In this document: positions 38,805 through 52,340 of the stretch, piece by piece
How the letters are laid out: each line of letters opens with the position of its first letter
Numbering within the stretch: the first letter of the stretch is position 1
NCBI GenBank assembly: GCA_047495785.1
Contig: JBLDXI010000001.1
Span: forward strand, 1,736,001 to 1,800,000
Direction of reading: 5' to 3'
DNA from: Lepidodermella squamata
Taxonomy: Eukaryota > Animalia > Gastrotricha
DNA length: 64,000 nt
Translations under genes and position numbers: made by a program
Notes under the pieces: model-generated
What the model was told of the DNA's origin: nothing
What the model saw: the letters and a program-made list of their open reading frames with translations, nothing else
The model's database searches: none

Positions 38805-40278
38805 TCACAGGTATTGTATGACAATAGTTGCGCAAGTTAAGTATAAGGAGTAACTAATATCGGATGAATCGGATGACACATCGTCAGACGGAGCGAGTCT
38901 CGACTGTAAAAATTCCACGGTAGGACCATCAACTACTGCAAAGGTTAGCGCCGAGTCACCATTTATATTTCTGATAGTGATATCGGCGTTGAAATCGTCG
39001 ACTAGCATTTGCACCATTGGCCGGTTGACATTCACAACAGCGTACATTAAGGAGGTTGCACCATCAGTAGTTCTAGCATTCACGTCAGCACCTAATTCCA
39101 GTAAGAGCCTCGCAGTCGTGATATCACCTCGATTCACTGCGAACATGAGAGGGGTACTGCCATCTAGCTTCCTAGGGTCTAAGGACACCCCTTTACTCGC
39201 AAGCAGCCTGATTGTGTCCAACTGTTGGTTTTCCGCAGCGAAGAAAATGGCATTCACTCCATTTTGATCTTCAGCATGAACATCTGCCTTCCTTAAGACT
39301 AAATACTTGACTATGTCATGGTTGACCAAAGCAGCCTGCATTAGGGCGGTCGCGCCTGTTGAGCTGGTGATGTTGACATTTGCCTGGCCGAGATCTACAA
39401 GTTGCCGCACGATTTTCGACTGATTTTGGTAAGCTGCGAAAAACAGAGCCGTCCAACCGTTTGAGTTCTGATAGTCGACTTCGGAATCATTGTTCAGCAG
39501 AACTTTTACAATTTCGGAATAGCCGTAATATGCCGCTAGCATCAAAGCGGTAACACCCCGCTTGTCTTGAAAGTTAACATCGGCACCTGCGTTGATTAAG
39601 GAAGTTACTAAGGACAGGTAACCTCTAACGATTGCGGAGAAAAGAGGGTAGCTGAGACTAGCTTTTGTTGGTACCGTTGGCTTTTTCGTCACTTGAATGA
39701 TTTGGGAGGGCTTTGAAGGTGTCACCAGTACAGTGAAAGTTTTGCGGTTCTTGCTGTTCCATAATGCAGATCGATTACCTGGCCTTGAATAGTTGAGAAT
39801 CAAGTTCTTAATCGCTCTATTCACAGCTACAGAATAGGCGGAATTTCCGTAGACATCGAAACTCTCTGCCTCAGCGCCTCTATTAAGGAGTAGCCGAACC
39901 GTTTCCACCCATCCATTTGCAGAGGCATACATCAGAGCAGTCCAGCCATTTTTCGTAGATTTTAGGTTTACTCGGGCACCGAGATCAATTAAAGTTTCAA
40001 CCATAGAGTTTTTTCCTAAATTTGCAGCTTGCATGAGACCGGTCATTCCGAACGCGGTCGGGGTGTTGACGTCAGTCCATTTACACTGGATAAGTTGGCG
40101 AGTTAATGATTTATTTCCCTCTAGAATTGCTTCGAAAAGGAGAGGAGCTTCATTGCCTAGTAAGTATTTGTTCGAAAAGTTATAATTTTAAGTGAATATA
40201 ATCTGTCTAACCTTTAGTTTTCCTGAGCACAAACGATTGCGCGATGAGAAAAACAGTCACTAGATTGAGAACAACCAT
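38805..40278 (-). CDS. Ankyrin gene A: signal peptide, two ankyrin arrays (~11-12 repeats), hydrophobic GPI-like tail; exons 40278-40212, 40156-38805
   Basis: Exon 1 encodes MVVLNLVTVFLIAQSFVL and splices (phase 1) into consensus ANK repeats (GWTALMYA, GVTALMLAA, GSTPLMFA, GADVN). The end is SSDSSDISYSLYLTCATIVIQYL*. Confidence 0.85.
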
Positions 40279-40940
40279 AGTCCTCAAAGAACTTCTTGCA
40301 ATTAACACCAAGCCGCGATTTGAGAGAAGACTGGTCATGACTCTGGCGGAACTCGGTGCCGGAAAAGAAATATGAAAGGAGGCAGGATACTATTATCAAA
40401 ATAACTCGACCGAAAGTTTTTTGAAAAATACGCGTTATATTACTGCAAATTTTTATTTCGCTATCGATTCTGCGCGCTCTTAGTGTCGCTTTCCTTATAA
40501 GACCGACGCAGGCACTCACTCCTTATATATTGATTTCAGCGCGTGATGACGGTTGGTGCGCGACTCCTTCTCCGGTGCCACATCAGCGGGAAATTGAAGT
40601 GAGCAATATTTTACAGTAGTTGTCGAGTACACTCGTGAAGTGTTATATGCGCATCGTCGCGCACAACTTCGTAATATTTACTTTGAGATGCAAATTCAAT
40701 TGTCGCGCGCCGACTTTTCTTGCCTGCAGTGGTTAAAAAATGATTCGGTCCCAAGAAAAAACTTCAAAACCACATCCATTGATGAGAGAATAACGACCTT
40801 GGCGTGGGTACACTATTTGCCCACCTTTGTAAAAAACTGATCTTGATACATAATGAAGCCAGTGTAAACACAAGTTGATCGTAAGACGAAACCGCGCAAA
40901 AACATACAAGCAGTTTAGCTCCATACGACTTCAAGTTTTA

Positions 40941-43224
40941 ATGGGACATTCAATTTACTTATCAGTCTTACTCTCAGTTTTGTCGATATGCGGAATTTCC
41001 GCATGGCGCCAGCCTCAGGTGAGGCAAGCAAAAATGCAGCAGGCGGTAATGGTTAAGCCCCCAGTGGGCGTCATGGTTACAACAGAGGTATTAAATCTAC
41101 CTATTCATTTACCATTCATCTACCCAAAACTTACGATTACACAGTGCAATCTCCCAGATCTAACAAATGGTTACCTAAAAGTTTACGGACGAGCCGTAAC
41201 AAAGAAAGTAGTCGTAATCGGTACATACGTTGTAGTAAATTGTAATCCTGGTTTTATGCTGGTCGGAGGAGCGCCATACGGTGCTTGCACTATGGAATCA
41301 TTTTCCATTGTCCCAACCTTGGGTAGATGTAGCAACAGTATGTTTCCCACGTTCAAGGCCAAAATCATTTTCAATTTCATCCTTCCCAGATTGCACGGAA
41401 GTTGTTTCGGCCTCAGTCACCAATGGATATGTATCGCCCATTCCCAAGTCCAGTCCATTTACCGTAAAGATAATCTGCGACGAAGGTTTCGAACTGCGCG
41501 GTCCAGATAAAGTGCTTTGCTGGGGTAACGGAACTTACACCCCTCCAGGATTCTGCCGATCAACGAATGAAAGTAAAAACGGTTTCTCTTTATTATTAAT
41601 AGTTATTATAACTGCTTTCATCAGCCATTCGAAACATGTCGACTACAACGATGGCGAACCCGATGAAGGTTATTTTATCAACCATGTACCATCCTTGCTT
41701 GCCTCACAGTTTTAGGTGAAAGTAGACCTCGAACGAGACGTTCCATGTTGCCGCTTACTATGGTCGCATGTCACGAATCTTCGAATTTCTAGACTACGGC
41801 GTTCGTCCTGACCTGCGAGATAGCTACGGTGCGACCCCCTTAATGTTCGCCTCTTCAAACGGCGCTACCCAAGTGTCCAAACTCCTTCTGGACAGAGGAG
41901 CTATGGTGAACGCTGAGACGAAAGATGGAAAAACGGCGTTGATGTACGCGATTGAGAAGGGCTTCATCGAGACGGCGAAGCTGCTCCTTTACCGAGGCGC
42001 TAACATCAATGCCGGAGGCAATTTTTCAGCTCTAGTTTTGGCTGCTAAGGAAAATCAAACAGCGGCTGCTAAATACATTATTAGCCTTGGAGCAGATGTC
42101 AACTCGCATGTTTTGTTTGGAAACACTGCTTTGGATAACTTTGGAAGAAAGAACAACGTCGAAATGGTTAAATTCCTGTTGTCGAGGGGAGCTGATGTCG
42201 ATAGCAGAGTGCCAAGTATTTTTGCCACAATTTTTATGTAACTGATGTATGTAACTGAATTGAACTTATTTTAGACGGAGAGACGGCATTGATGGGTGCT
42301 TCAAAGCTTGGTTTTACCGAGGTTGCCAGGGCTTTGCTTCAGAATGGTGCAAATGTTAATGCGACGGACAACGACGGTATAACGCCTCTCATGTGGGCAA
42401 GTAAGTTTAGCTAAATGGGTCCATATTAAAACCTCGATAACAATTGTATTATTTTAGCAAGCTCCATGGTCAGATCTTCTAGCATTGTCGATACGGCCAG
42501 GTTACTGTTGGACAACAAAGCCGACATAAATGCTCGAAGCCCGAATGGTAATTTTTCGGAGCTTTTTTGATTGCTCTAATTTAGTCATTTTACTAGGTAC
42601 TACTCCACTCATGCGGGCTGCTTATGTTGGAAACCCTGATATGGTAAGGTTGTTGATCGAGCGAGATGCTGATGCATTGGCTGAGAACAACGCCGGCGAT
42701 ACTCCCTTGATCATTTCTCGACGCATGAAAAATGACGAAGTCACCAAAATTCTTTACGATTTCAGTGAGTCAAGTTGTAACTTATCGAAAAAGTCATTAA
42801 TTTGTTTTATTTAGTTTACACACTCCCTCTCGTCCAAGTCGCTCGGGTAATTGATTTGAAATAATGTATGCCTTTTATTCATACCATTGCTCTTTTATTA
42901 GTGCAAAGTTCCTGCGATTTTGCGAGGCAACATTCATATTAACGAGGATAAACGTGCCTACACTTATCCGGGCGAACGCGAGGTTAAAGTCAATACGAGA
43001 ATCGCTGTATTTTGCCATAGCGGCTACGTTATTCCGGCTGGTGCGACGAGTCAAACGGTCTGCCTCGACGACGGAGCCTGGGACAACGACATTCAGGAGT
43101 GCGTCAGAATGCAAGAACCTGAACCGCGTAAGACACGGCAAATTTTATTATCCTAATTTTGATTCAATCAAAAATTTTTCCAGTTTTCACGACGCAACCA
43201 AATTACGAAGTTGATCTCGAATAG
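40941..43224 (+). CDS. Sushi-ankyrin gene B: SP - CCP - CCP - ANK (~8) - CCP; about 11 exons
   Basis: Signal MGHSIYLSVLLSVLSICGISA. CCP motifs CNLP..NG/CNPGF/GRC (41145), CDEGFELRG..C (41390) and CKVP/CHSGY/CLDDGAW..C (42902). ANK repeats 41725-42764 are split by short introns. Last exon ends ...YEVDLE*. Confidence 0.8.
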
Positions 43225-43622
43225 GATGCTGTTTAATCGATCCCATTCGTTCGTCAGTTAGAGCATCTGGAGAGCCTACCTCATATGCACCTTGAAAATC
43301 CGGTTTTGGAACACTCTGGTATTCAATTGAACAATAGGATATCTCCTTTTAGTCTCTACGAGTTATCAAAATTTTTAATAAAAATGTGGTTGAAAAAGCT
43401 ATACACGTGTGTTTTAGGGATACTCATTTGGCCGAGAAATAGCTTTTTTGACGCATGTAAACAACATCATAGCTGCGTAACCTTTTCTGGTTAGCAAACA
43501 ATGCCCGCGTGTTATTTGCGCGCAAGACGTGATCGCGCCTGATATTTTGCCGAAAACAACCTGCTGCTTAACCCTCAAAAATATGTAATTGCAAAAAAAC
43601 ATTTTGCTTCGATGAAAAAGCA

Positions 43623-46150
43623 ATGATAAATCATTTTCCGCTTCTGCTTGGCAGCTGTATTGTTATCATCTGCCACAGATTAGCGGCGGCTCAACCTGCC
43701 CCACCGCCGAAACCAGCCGGCCACCCATCGGCTGAAACCCAGTTAATCGAGGCGTGTCGCACTGGCAATGTCTTTCTCATCGGCTACCTGATAGGCGAAG
43801 GTGTTAACGTCAACTGCCGGAATGCAGAAGGCTCAACCCCGTTGATGATCGCAGCGTCGAACAATGAAATCGACGCGATGCAAACCCTGCTCAAAAGTGG
43901 CGCTCAAATCGACGCGAAGAATATTTTAGGTCAAACAGCGCTTGCTACGGCGGCAAGGCTCGATTTTTACGAGATCGTCAAATTCCTCCTTAAGTCAGGC
44001 GCTAATGTCAACGCCGGAAGTGACACTAGTCCTCTTCTTGCAGCAGCCGAGGCGAACTCAACCGAGATTGTCCGTTTGCTGTTGAGAAACAAAGCTAACG
44101 TGAACCAAATCGATAGTTCCGGGTCTGCTGCGATAAACTTTGCGGCTGCTCATGGAAACACGGAGATGGTCTCGGCTTTGATAGCAGTTGGAGCATATCC
44201 TGACAACAGAGGCCCGAAAGGAACTACGCCACTGATGTACGCTGCTGGCTACAATCGATTAGACACCGCGCGGTACTTAATACACTTGGGTGCAGCTGTT
44301 AACAGAATCAACGAAGACGGAAATTCGCCACTAATGTTTGCCACCTTCCCGACTGAGTCAAGTTACTTGATGGCGAAGTCGTTGTTAGACCACGGAGCAA
44401 AAGCAGACCTAATCAATAACAACGGAATCACGCCGCTGATGATGGCATCGTACAAGGGTGACATCGATACTGTTGACTTGCTGCTGAAAAGAGGCGCCGA
44501 TCCTTTTATCATGTCAAACAGTCAGGAAACTGCGGTGGATATGGCGTCACGTAAGGGACATTGGGAAATAGTTGAATTGATTATGCAATCTTATTCCGTG
44601 ACCAAACGGAGCCCACCCACCTCAACCACAACACCGCCAACAACGCCTGCAACTACGACGTCGGAATTGCTCCCACTGCTGACTCCTGTTATAACTGCTT
44701 TGAAAAGACATGCTGTTAAGGTAGACATTTTTAACGATTTCTTAACTTTTAGGTAGCGTATTTTTTGCTTTCAGTGTATCGCACCGATTATTGAAAATGG
44801 AATTGTTACTGATGAAGGGGCCTATCTAAGGCAGGCCTATGAAGTTGAACCAGGCGGAGTTGTTGTCCTAGCTTGTTACCCTGGTTACTCCCTCTCTGGA
44901 CCTAACGTGATATCCTGCAAGCGAGATGGAAATTGGCTTGGAAGACTGGGTACTTGCCATGAAATGACTTCGCCAACAAGCAGCACATCGACAACCCCGA
45001 GTACTACTACCACAAGCACTACGACAGAGCCTACGACTACAACTACGCCGACAACCACAACCACCGCGACTACAACTACAGAAACCACCCCGAGTACTAC
45101 CTCAACTACTACGGAAGCAACTACTACTACGACTACTACTACTGAATCCACGTCAACTTCGACGACAACAGAGCCTACGACAACTTCTACAACGACTCCG
45201 CTAAGCACCACCACCAGCACCACTACTTCCACTACAACTACAACATTGCCACCAATAACGCGGCGTCGAACCACTACAACCCCAGTCGTGACAACTTCAT
45301 CTTTATTTCATCGAGAGGATGTAAGTTAATGCATTAAAGCCCACTCTAATTGACGTCTCAATAATTTTCCTAGATGAGGAAAGCGTGTGATGTGATGATT
45401 CAAGCATCTAGGATGAACCGTCTCGCAATGGTTAAGTCGCTGCTGACGCCTCAATCGCAGTCGAATGTCCCCACGTGTCACAACGTAGATGCGGCGGATT
45501 TGGACGGATGGACGGCTTTAATGTGGGCGGCGAGTTCTGGCTACGACGAAATCGTCGACTATTTGCTGGGGAAAGGCGCTAAAGTGAACACGCCGAATCA
45601 TGGTCAATCGACAGCGCTCTGTTACGCCGCGAAAAATGGACACTACAGGGCGGCTGAGTTGTTGCTAGGCGCCGGGGCTGATGTGAACTGGAAAAATGTT
45701 TACGGATCTACTCCGCTGTCGTTCGCAGCCGCTTCCGCTCACATAGATGTAATGGAGCTGCTACTCGACAGTGGCGCGAAACTTGATGAGCCTGACAGTT
45801 CGCTACAAACTCCTTTGATGTGGGCGGTGAAGAGCGAAAACCCCGCCGCGGTGACACTTTTAGCGAAGAGGGGTGCAAATGTAAATTTGTTCGACCGAAC
45901 TGGCGGAACAGCACTCATGTTAGCAGCACGTGCCGGCTATTTTGAGGTAGCGAAAATATTGTTGTCGTATAACGCCGATCGGGACATGCAAGACTCCGAG
46001 TCACTGACAGCTGAAATGTGGGCTTTAGCAACTGGCCACCCTGATACTGCTATGATGATCAAAAATTTTACAAAGTCAGCAAAAATAACTGTACCTCCAC
46101 ATTACCCTGATGCGGATTTCATTGAATCGAGTTACGAAGCATTACCTTAA
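43623..46150 (+). CDS. Sushi-ankyrin gene C: SP - ANK (~9) - CCP - Thr-rich mucin stalk - ANK (~6); exons 43623-44720, 44775-45320, 45374-46150
   Basis: Signal MINHFPLLLGSCIVIICHRLAAA; consensus ANK repeats; CCP CIAPIIENG...CYPGYSLSG...CKRDGNW...GTC; poly-Thr tract. Two phase-0 GT-AG introns of ~54 nt. Confidence 0.87.
44965..45300 (+). repeat. Coding ACN-rich low-complexity tract (Thr/Ser mucin-like stalk) in gene C
   Basis: TTTTSTTTEPTTT... repeats with internal duplicated units (ACAGAGCCTACGAC, ACCCCGAGTACTAC). Confidence 0.9.
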
Positions 46151-46459
46151 TGATAGCAAATCTTATTTTTTGTCGGACACCCGTTACAAAATAGAGCGCG
46201 AAATAATAAAATGCCACTTTGCATCGATCAGTGTTTCGCCTGTTTTCAAGTCCACAGACTTAACGCACACGGATGCAGTCAATAAGGTACACCGACGCTT
46301 TGTACTCAAGATGGTTGTTATTCAATAGTTATTCCATCAAACTGATGGGACACGATGTCAACAGGAAATTACTTAAAGCGAGTTTACCTGAATCACCTTT
46401 CTCTTCCAGCCTATAAAATGAGCTGTTTAGAGGTAATTGTGTTGACATTTTCCAACAGC

Positions 46460-48966
46460 ATGAATAGTTTTCTTCTAATTTTCAGCTTGTTAGCAACCAT
46501 CACGGGGATTGCCTCTGAAGAAGATGTGCTGCCGATGACAATGGGTATGCCCAAGGTTCAGTCGGCAAACATAATCAGCTCCAACAGATCGAAAGTGCTG
46601 AGAATTATAACACCTATATCGTATGGAGGGTTGGCTTTGCCTCTGGGCCCCACTGCTCTAATCAGCCAGCAATTAGCTCTCGATTGGCTACACTCGAAGT
46701 CGGATTGGCTTCCAAATTACCGCGTCGAGTTCGAGCTATTTGATGATGCAGTCAGTTTTCTTTATTTAATCACTAATAATGCTCAATTTCTTATAATTTT
46801 AAGTCTGACGATGCTTCAATGATCAGCGGTTTGATGTCAAAGCTACTGGAGAATGATGAGATTCCGGACAGGCTACCCCTAATGGGCCTGGCTGAGTACG
46901 CCATGGTCAGTCAGCTGGTCACGGCATACTTGATGAAGACTTACGGAATGATTGGAATGAGTACATACCCTCTTCCTGAAATTTTCTGGAAGCGTGATAA
47001 ATTCCCTAATTACGTTTCATTCGGTGAACAACAAGACTACTACATGATTTCAGTCGCTGAATTCGTGAGAAAAATGGGATGGCAGCGTGTTGCCTTGATC
47101 ACGGATACAAATTCGTACAATCAATTAGTCGAGCAATACCACTTGAACAATCTGGAAGCCAATAACGTCACCCTTGCGTATATGGCAAAGTTCCGTGAGG
47201 CAGCGGATGACGAGTATGAGATGGACTCCACCTTTATCGAGATGAAACAACGCGAACCGAGGATTATGCTAAACTGCGCAGTGAACAGTATAATTGTGGC
47301 GTGTTATCTTCATAAATACGGCATGTATGGCCCCGGTTACGTAATTATCGGCTATTCATGGACGAATTTCGATCACACAACCCCGATACCCGATTCAGTA
47401 TCGCTGTGGTGTACCCGGCAGATGGTACTTGACGTTTTGCCAAGTACAATTTTCTACGGCGATGCGCCGCTTTCAGACATCTATGGGCCGTCTTTCAAAG
47501 GTACAACAGGGTTGACCATAAAAGATTTCCTCAGCACTGTCAAAAATGGAGTGGACAAACCCGATCAAGCAATTGGGTTGGACTATTGGGGCCCAGCCTA
47601 CTACGACAAGTGCATGCTTATGGGATTTATTCTTAACGTCGCGGAGTCGATATTGAATGAACGAAATGAAACACTCTCTGACTGGACTACAAACTCTCCC
47701 AATTTCAAGAATAATCCAACTGAAGTCTATAACGTGATGAAGCGAGCTATAGGCCGCATCTCATTGGTCGGCATGAAGGGCGAATGGAGCTACGACTTGA
47801 AAAATGACTGGTCAAATGGCTCGATGCCCATTGTCTACACGCAAACACGAATGAGTAGCAATGGACGGGTCAGTTATCAGGATGTTATTGGTTACTACAA
47901 ATCAAACCAAATACCTGAAAGAACTGTCATTTTCCGGAACAAGCTGAAATGGTCAACGGCAGATGGGAGCTTGCCGAAAGATCAGCTAAGGATAGTAAAC
48001 CAGCAAGAACCCTTAATTGATCTCAGCACAAGCACAATTTTGTTTACCTTGTCTGCGGTACTCATCGGAATATTAGTCATCCTTGCTATCGGGATTGCAT
48101 TACAACGGCGTAAGGGAAAATATCCGCTTGCATTCTGGGATCTTATGATCACAACAGGGGACATTGTTTTGCTATCGAGTATTTTCACATCTCCGATTGG
48201 CATCGACCTTGACCCCAGTCAGCGATGTACATTTCACTTCATTCTAACAGTAGCCGGCTTATCAATCTACGTCGCATCCATAAAGGAGAAGTTACACCTG
48301 GCTTTGTTGAAGCTGAATGTTATCAGCAAATCAACGCATTGCAAGACGAATGCGTTTCAATCAAAAATCCTCGTCACCGTTTCTATCATATTGGTAATCG
48401 CCCTGTTTCTTCATCAACCCATCTCAACCAGGAAACTGCAGCTGAACTATGTCATATCGAACAACGACATAAGTTTAGCCTACCAATATGAAACGACTGA
48501 ATGCGCAGTAATCGAGTCAATTATTCAATCCATAACATCAATGGCCCTTGCTTTGATAGCATTCGTCGCAGTTGGTGCATTGTTGTTATCAGCTACGCTA
48601 TCTTCCTTTAAAGTTCAGTCTGTCGTAAAGCGTTTCCGGCATTGCTACGACGTGGATGCACGTCTTCTGGCAGACATGCATCGCACTTCTTTGTCAGTTT
48701 TCATCTTCCTGACACTAATATCCGCCGGTGTTTTTATTGGATTGATCATTGGTTCGAGTAACACAGCTCTGATTGAACTGCATGCATCTATAGTGTTTTC
48801 TATCGTTGCCGTAAATGGTAGCGTGATTGCTGCATGTTTGCTCATCAAAGTTGAGCCGCCGATGCGCCCCCGACTAACGACCGGTGGTTTCAAGCACATC
48901 AGCGTTCACAGCGTAGGGAGGTTAGGTAGTAATGGTAGCGCTTCTCGACCATCTACACGAAAATGA
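46460..48966 (+). CDS. Class C GPCR, GABA-B-like (Venus flytrap + 7TM, no Cys-rich domain), paralog 1; exons 46460-46750, 46804-48966
   Basis: Signal peptide; ANF-receptor-like motifs FVRKMGWQRVALIT, MKQREPRIML, ACYLHKYGMYGPGYVII, AYYD; W..G..PKDQ junction followed directly by ~7 hydrophobic helices. Confidence 0.8.
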
Positions 48967-49552
48967 CGCTTGAAGAAATGTACGAGCCCAACACACATGA
49001 CTGCCAACTGATTCTACCGAAAGATAAATAAGTGAAAAGTGTCATGTGTTTCGTGTGTAACTGTGGTTAAGCACTGGATCCATCAAGTCGATGTCAGAAA
49101 ACTTTTTCAAAACTAGAGGCTTTTCAGCTAGTCCGCTAATAAACTAACTCGCTATCAGGGTAATGAATATTTAGCTGATATACTGATACTGATACTGATT
49201 TAATGGGTTTCTCCTTTCAACATTTAGCAAAGGGTAGTTTAGCAGAAGGTCGAAGCTAAGCGCTTCGAGCTACGGATAAAATTAATGCCGTAAACCCCTT
49301 CAGCCTATTTTCATAAGCAGGAGTAGAATGTCATTCGTTTCCGGCTTGGAAATGGCTTGACTCGCTCCGAATAAGAGACAAGCTGCTCCATCAGTCTCCT
49401 CAAAAACATATTCCGACTGCCGCGAGTGACGCCGACACACCGCGCGAGAAAGTGCGGAGATCTTCAATAACTCGCTTTCCTGATCGCGCTACAAAAAGCG
49501 ACGAGAGGTGATAGTAATCTTTTATTGATGCTAGTTGCTTTTCAGCGAGGGC

Positions 49553-52127
49553 ATGAGGCTACTTACGCTTTTACTCATCTTAACCTGGTTTTCGGACATT
49601 TCTGAATGCCACATTTTTAATAATTCGCTAGCGGTGTTGCCAATGACAATGAACATACCAGACTATCAACTGCCTCGTTTCGAACATCCACGGAGACAGA
49701 AAAAGCTGAAGATCGTAACGTCGATTTCCTATGGAGGGACTGCCTTGCCTCTTGGACCTACCGCAGTACTGAGTCAGCAGCTTGCGCTTGATTGGCTGCA
49801 CAATCAAACCAATTGGCTGCCTGACTACGGTATCGAGTTTGAGCTGATCGACGATGCGGTAATTTCGTTTCAGAGTTGATTTAATGTCATTATCTTGAAC
49901 CTCTTATTCACAGAGCGATGATGCAATAACGATTAAAGGCCTCTTGGGGAAAATCACGAAAAATGAATTGGCCAAAAGCCGATTTCCTTTGGTGGGTCAA
50001 GTGGAGTATTCAATCTACAGCCAGCTGATAACTGCACATCTGATGAAGCAATACAACATGATTAGCATAAGCTTATACCCTGTTCCAGAGGCTTACTTCA
50101 ACAGAAAGAATTACTTGCATTACATGCCTTTTGGTGAACGACAGGATTACTACATGGTCTCCGTCGCTGAATTTATCCGAAAAATGGGTTGGAAAAGAGT
50201 TGCGCTGATCACCGATACCAGCTCGTTTAATGCTGCAATGCAGATATACCACTTGAACAATCTGGAGGCGAACAACATCAGCCTAGTTTACATGGGGAAG
50301 TTTCGAGAGCAAGCCGATGATCCTTACGAGATGGAATCGACCTTCGAAGAGATGAAACGAAGAGAACCTCGCATCATGATAAACGCAGCTGTGAATAGCG
50401 TTACAACAGCTTGCTTCTTATATAAATATGGCATGTATGGGCCTGGTTATGTGATCCTCGCCTATTCTTTGACTAATTTCTACGAAGACACTCCTATTCC
50501 AGCGTGGCTGTCGTCTTGGTGTACGCAGAGAATGCTTTTGGACGTCCTGGCGTCAACTATGCTCTTCGGAGATGCGCCGTTGGCCGATATTTTTGGTTCT
50601 CAGTATCCTAGTATTTCAGGATTAACTAACGAAGAATTTCTGACATCTGTGAAGACCAGTGTCGATAGGCCTGAAGAAGCGTTCGGGCTAGACTATTGGG
50701 GCCCAGCTTACTACGACAGATGCCTTATCTTAGGAGTAATCCTAAATCACACTGAATCGATTCTCAAGTTACGAAATGAAACTTTATCAGACTGGACGAC
50801 AGACGGTGTAAAGTACAAAGAAAATCCACGTGAAATTATCAATGTCATACGACAAGCGGTTGCAAGGGTATCATTCGTTGGGATAAAGGGAGACTGGGGT
50901 TTCGACCTGGAAGCAGAATGGCCAAATGGAAGTATGCCGATAGCATTTTCTCAAACTCTATTCAAAAAGGACGGTAAAACATCTTTCCAAGAGATAGTAG
51001 CTTTTTACAAGTCGAACCTTAAGCCGGAAAAGACAGTCATCTACTTCGAAAAGATGAAATGGAGAACATTCGACGGGCTACCTCCGAAGGACCAATTTAC
51101 TATTCTAACAGTGCAAATCCCCATGTTTAATACGCCAGCTGTAATCCTTTTCCATTTTCTGGCAGTGATTCTCATCGTATCATCACTAGTGCTAGTTTTT
51201 GCCATGCTTCGTAGAAATCGTCTTGCTACGTACAATCTCGACCGCATCGACCTGGCAATAATCTCTGGTGGAACTCTGATTTTGCTGCCATTCTTCACCA
51301 GCTCTTACGGAGCTACCACAAACCCGATTCCTTACTGTAATTTTCTAGGCATTTTCTTAATTGCAGGATTTTCGTTATATATCAATGCCGTCGGGGAAAA
51401 ACTGCATCAAGGTCTGATTTTAGGTCGTTTTGTTGTCATAAAATCAAGGCTCGAATTGCGAGTTTTTCTATTGATTTTCAGAACGTTACTTCCGCTAATA
51501 TTCGTTTCTCTATTCCTCGCTCTCAGTCCGGTGACGAGCGGAAGAGTCCAACTACAATTAGAAAACTCAGCTAGAGATATCAGTCTAGCTTATCAATTCG
51601 AAATGATAGCTTGTGCCGTAACTATAAACGATTCTTCTGCTTCCTTAGCTATGATTTCCTTGGCAGGGCTACCACTTGGCTTTTCCTTGCTGAGGACAAC
51701 TCTGCTTGCGTTTAGAATACAAGCCGTTATCAAAAAGCTCCGGCTGAATTCATCTATCAGCCAGTGTCGCGTTGATGATCTTAATCGAAGTTCTCTATCT
51801 GTTTATGTAAATTTGACAATTTTACTTGGTAGCGCTTTCATTGGTCTGTTGATTGAGGGAGATGTCGTCGCTACTGTTAGCCTTATTTCCGCTTTGAGTT
51901 TCCTGATCGTTCTGGTCAATTCAATAGTTATATTGCTGGGGATTATGCTCAAATCCGAAAATCATCACGGAAATGACCTTCGTCTCAGTGGTAATATCTA
52001 TCTGAAAACCTCAGCTACTGCTCAGTTCCAACGGCGTAGCAGCCTAGCAGTATTCCCATCCACAAGTCTGCTCAATCCTGGATCACGAGAAGCTAACAAA
52101 TCGAGAAATCTGAACGCGAACGGGTGA
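49553..52127 (+). CDS. Class C GPCR, GABA-B-like, paralog 2; exons 49553-49858, 49914-52127
   Basis: Same motifs and the same phase-0 intron position (after ELIDDA) as paralog 1. Signal MRLLTLLLILTWF. Confidence 0.8.
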
Positions 52128-52340
52128 TACAACCGCTTGGACAATTAGGACAATGTCAAGTGTTTATTTTAAAACTGTTATAATCAATAAAACTGCGTGG
52201 ATAATTCTTAGAAACAATGAGCGAATCATTATTTCCCTTTTAAAAAGAGTGAGGTGATATTACACATCTCTTATATTACTTTACAGTCAGCTATTTAGCG
52301 CATCTTTATTAAACGACTTTTACAGCGGGGGTGATTGGCA

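Noticed and set aside
44885-45274. Poly-Val minus-strand ORF
   Set aside because: Antisense shadow of the Thr-rich coding tract of gene C.
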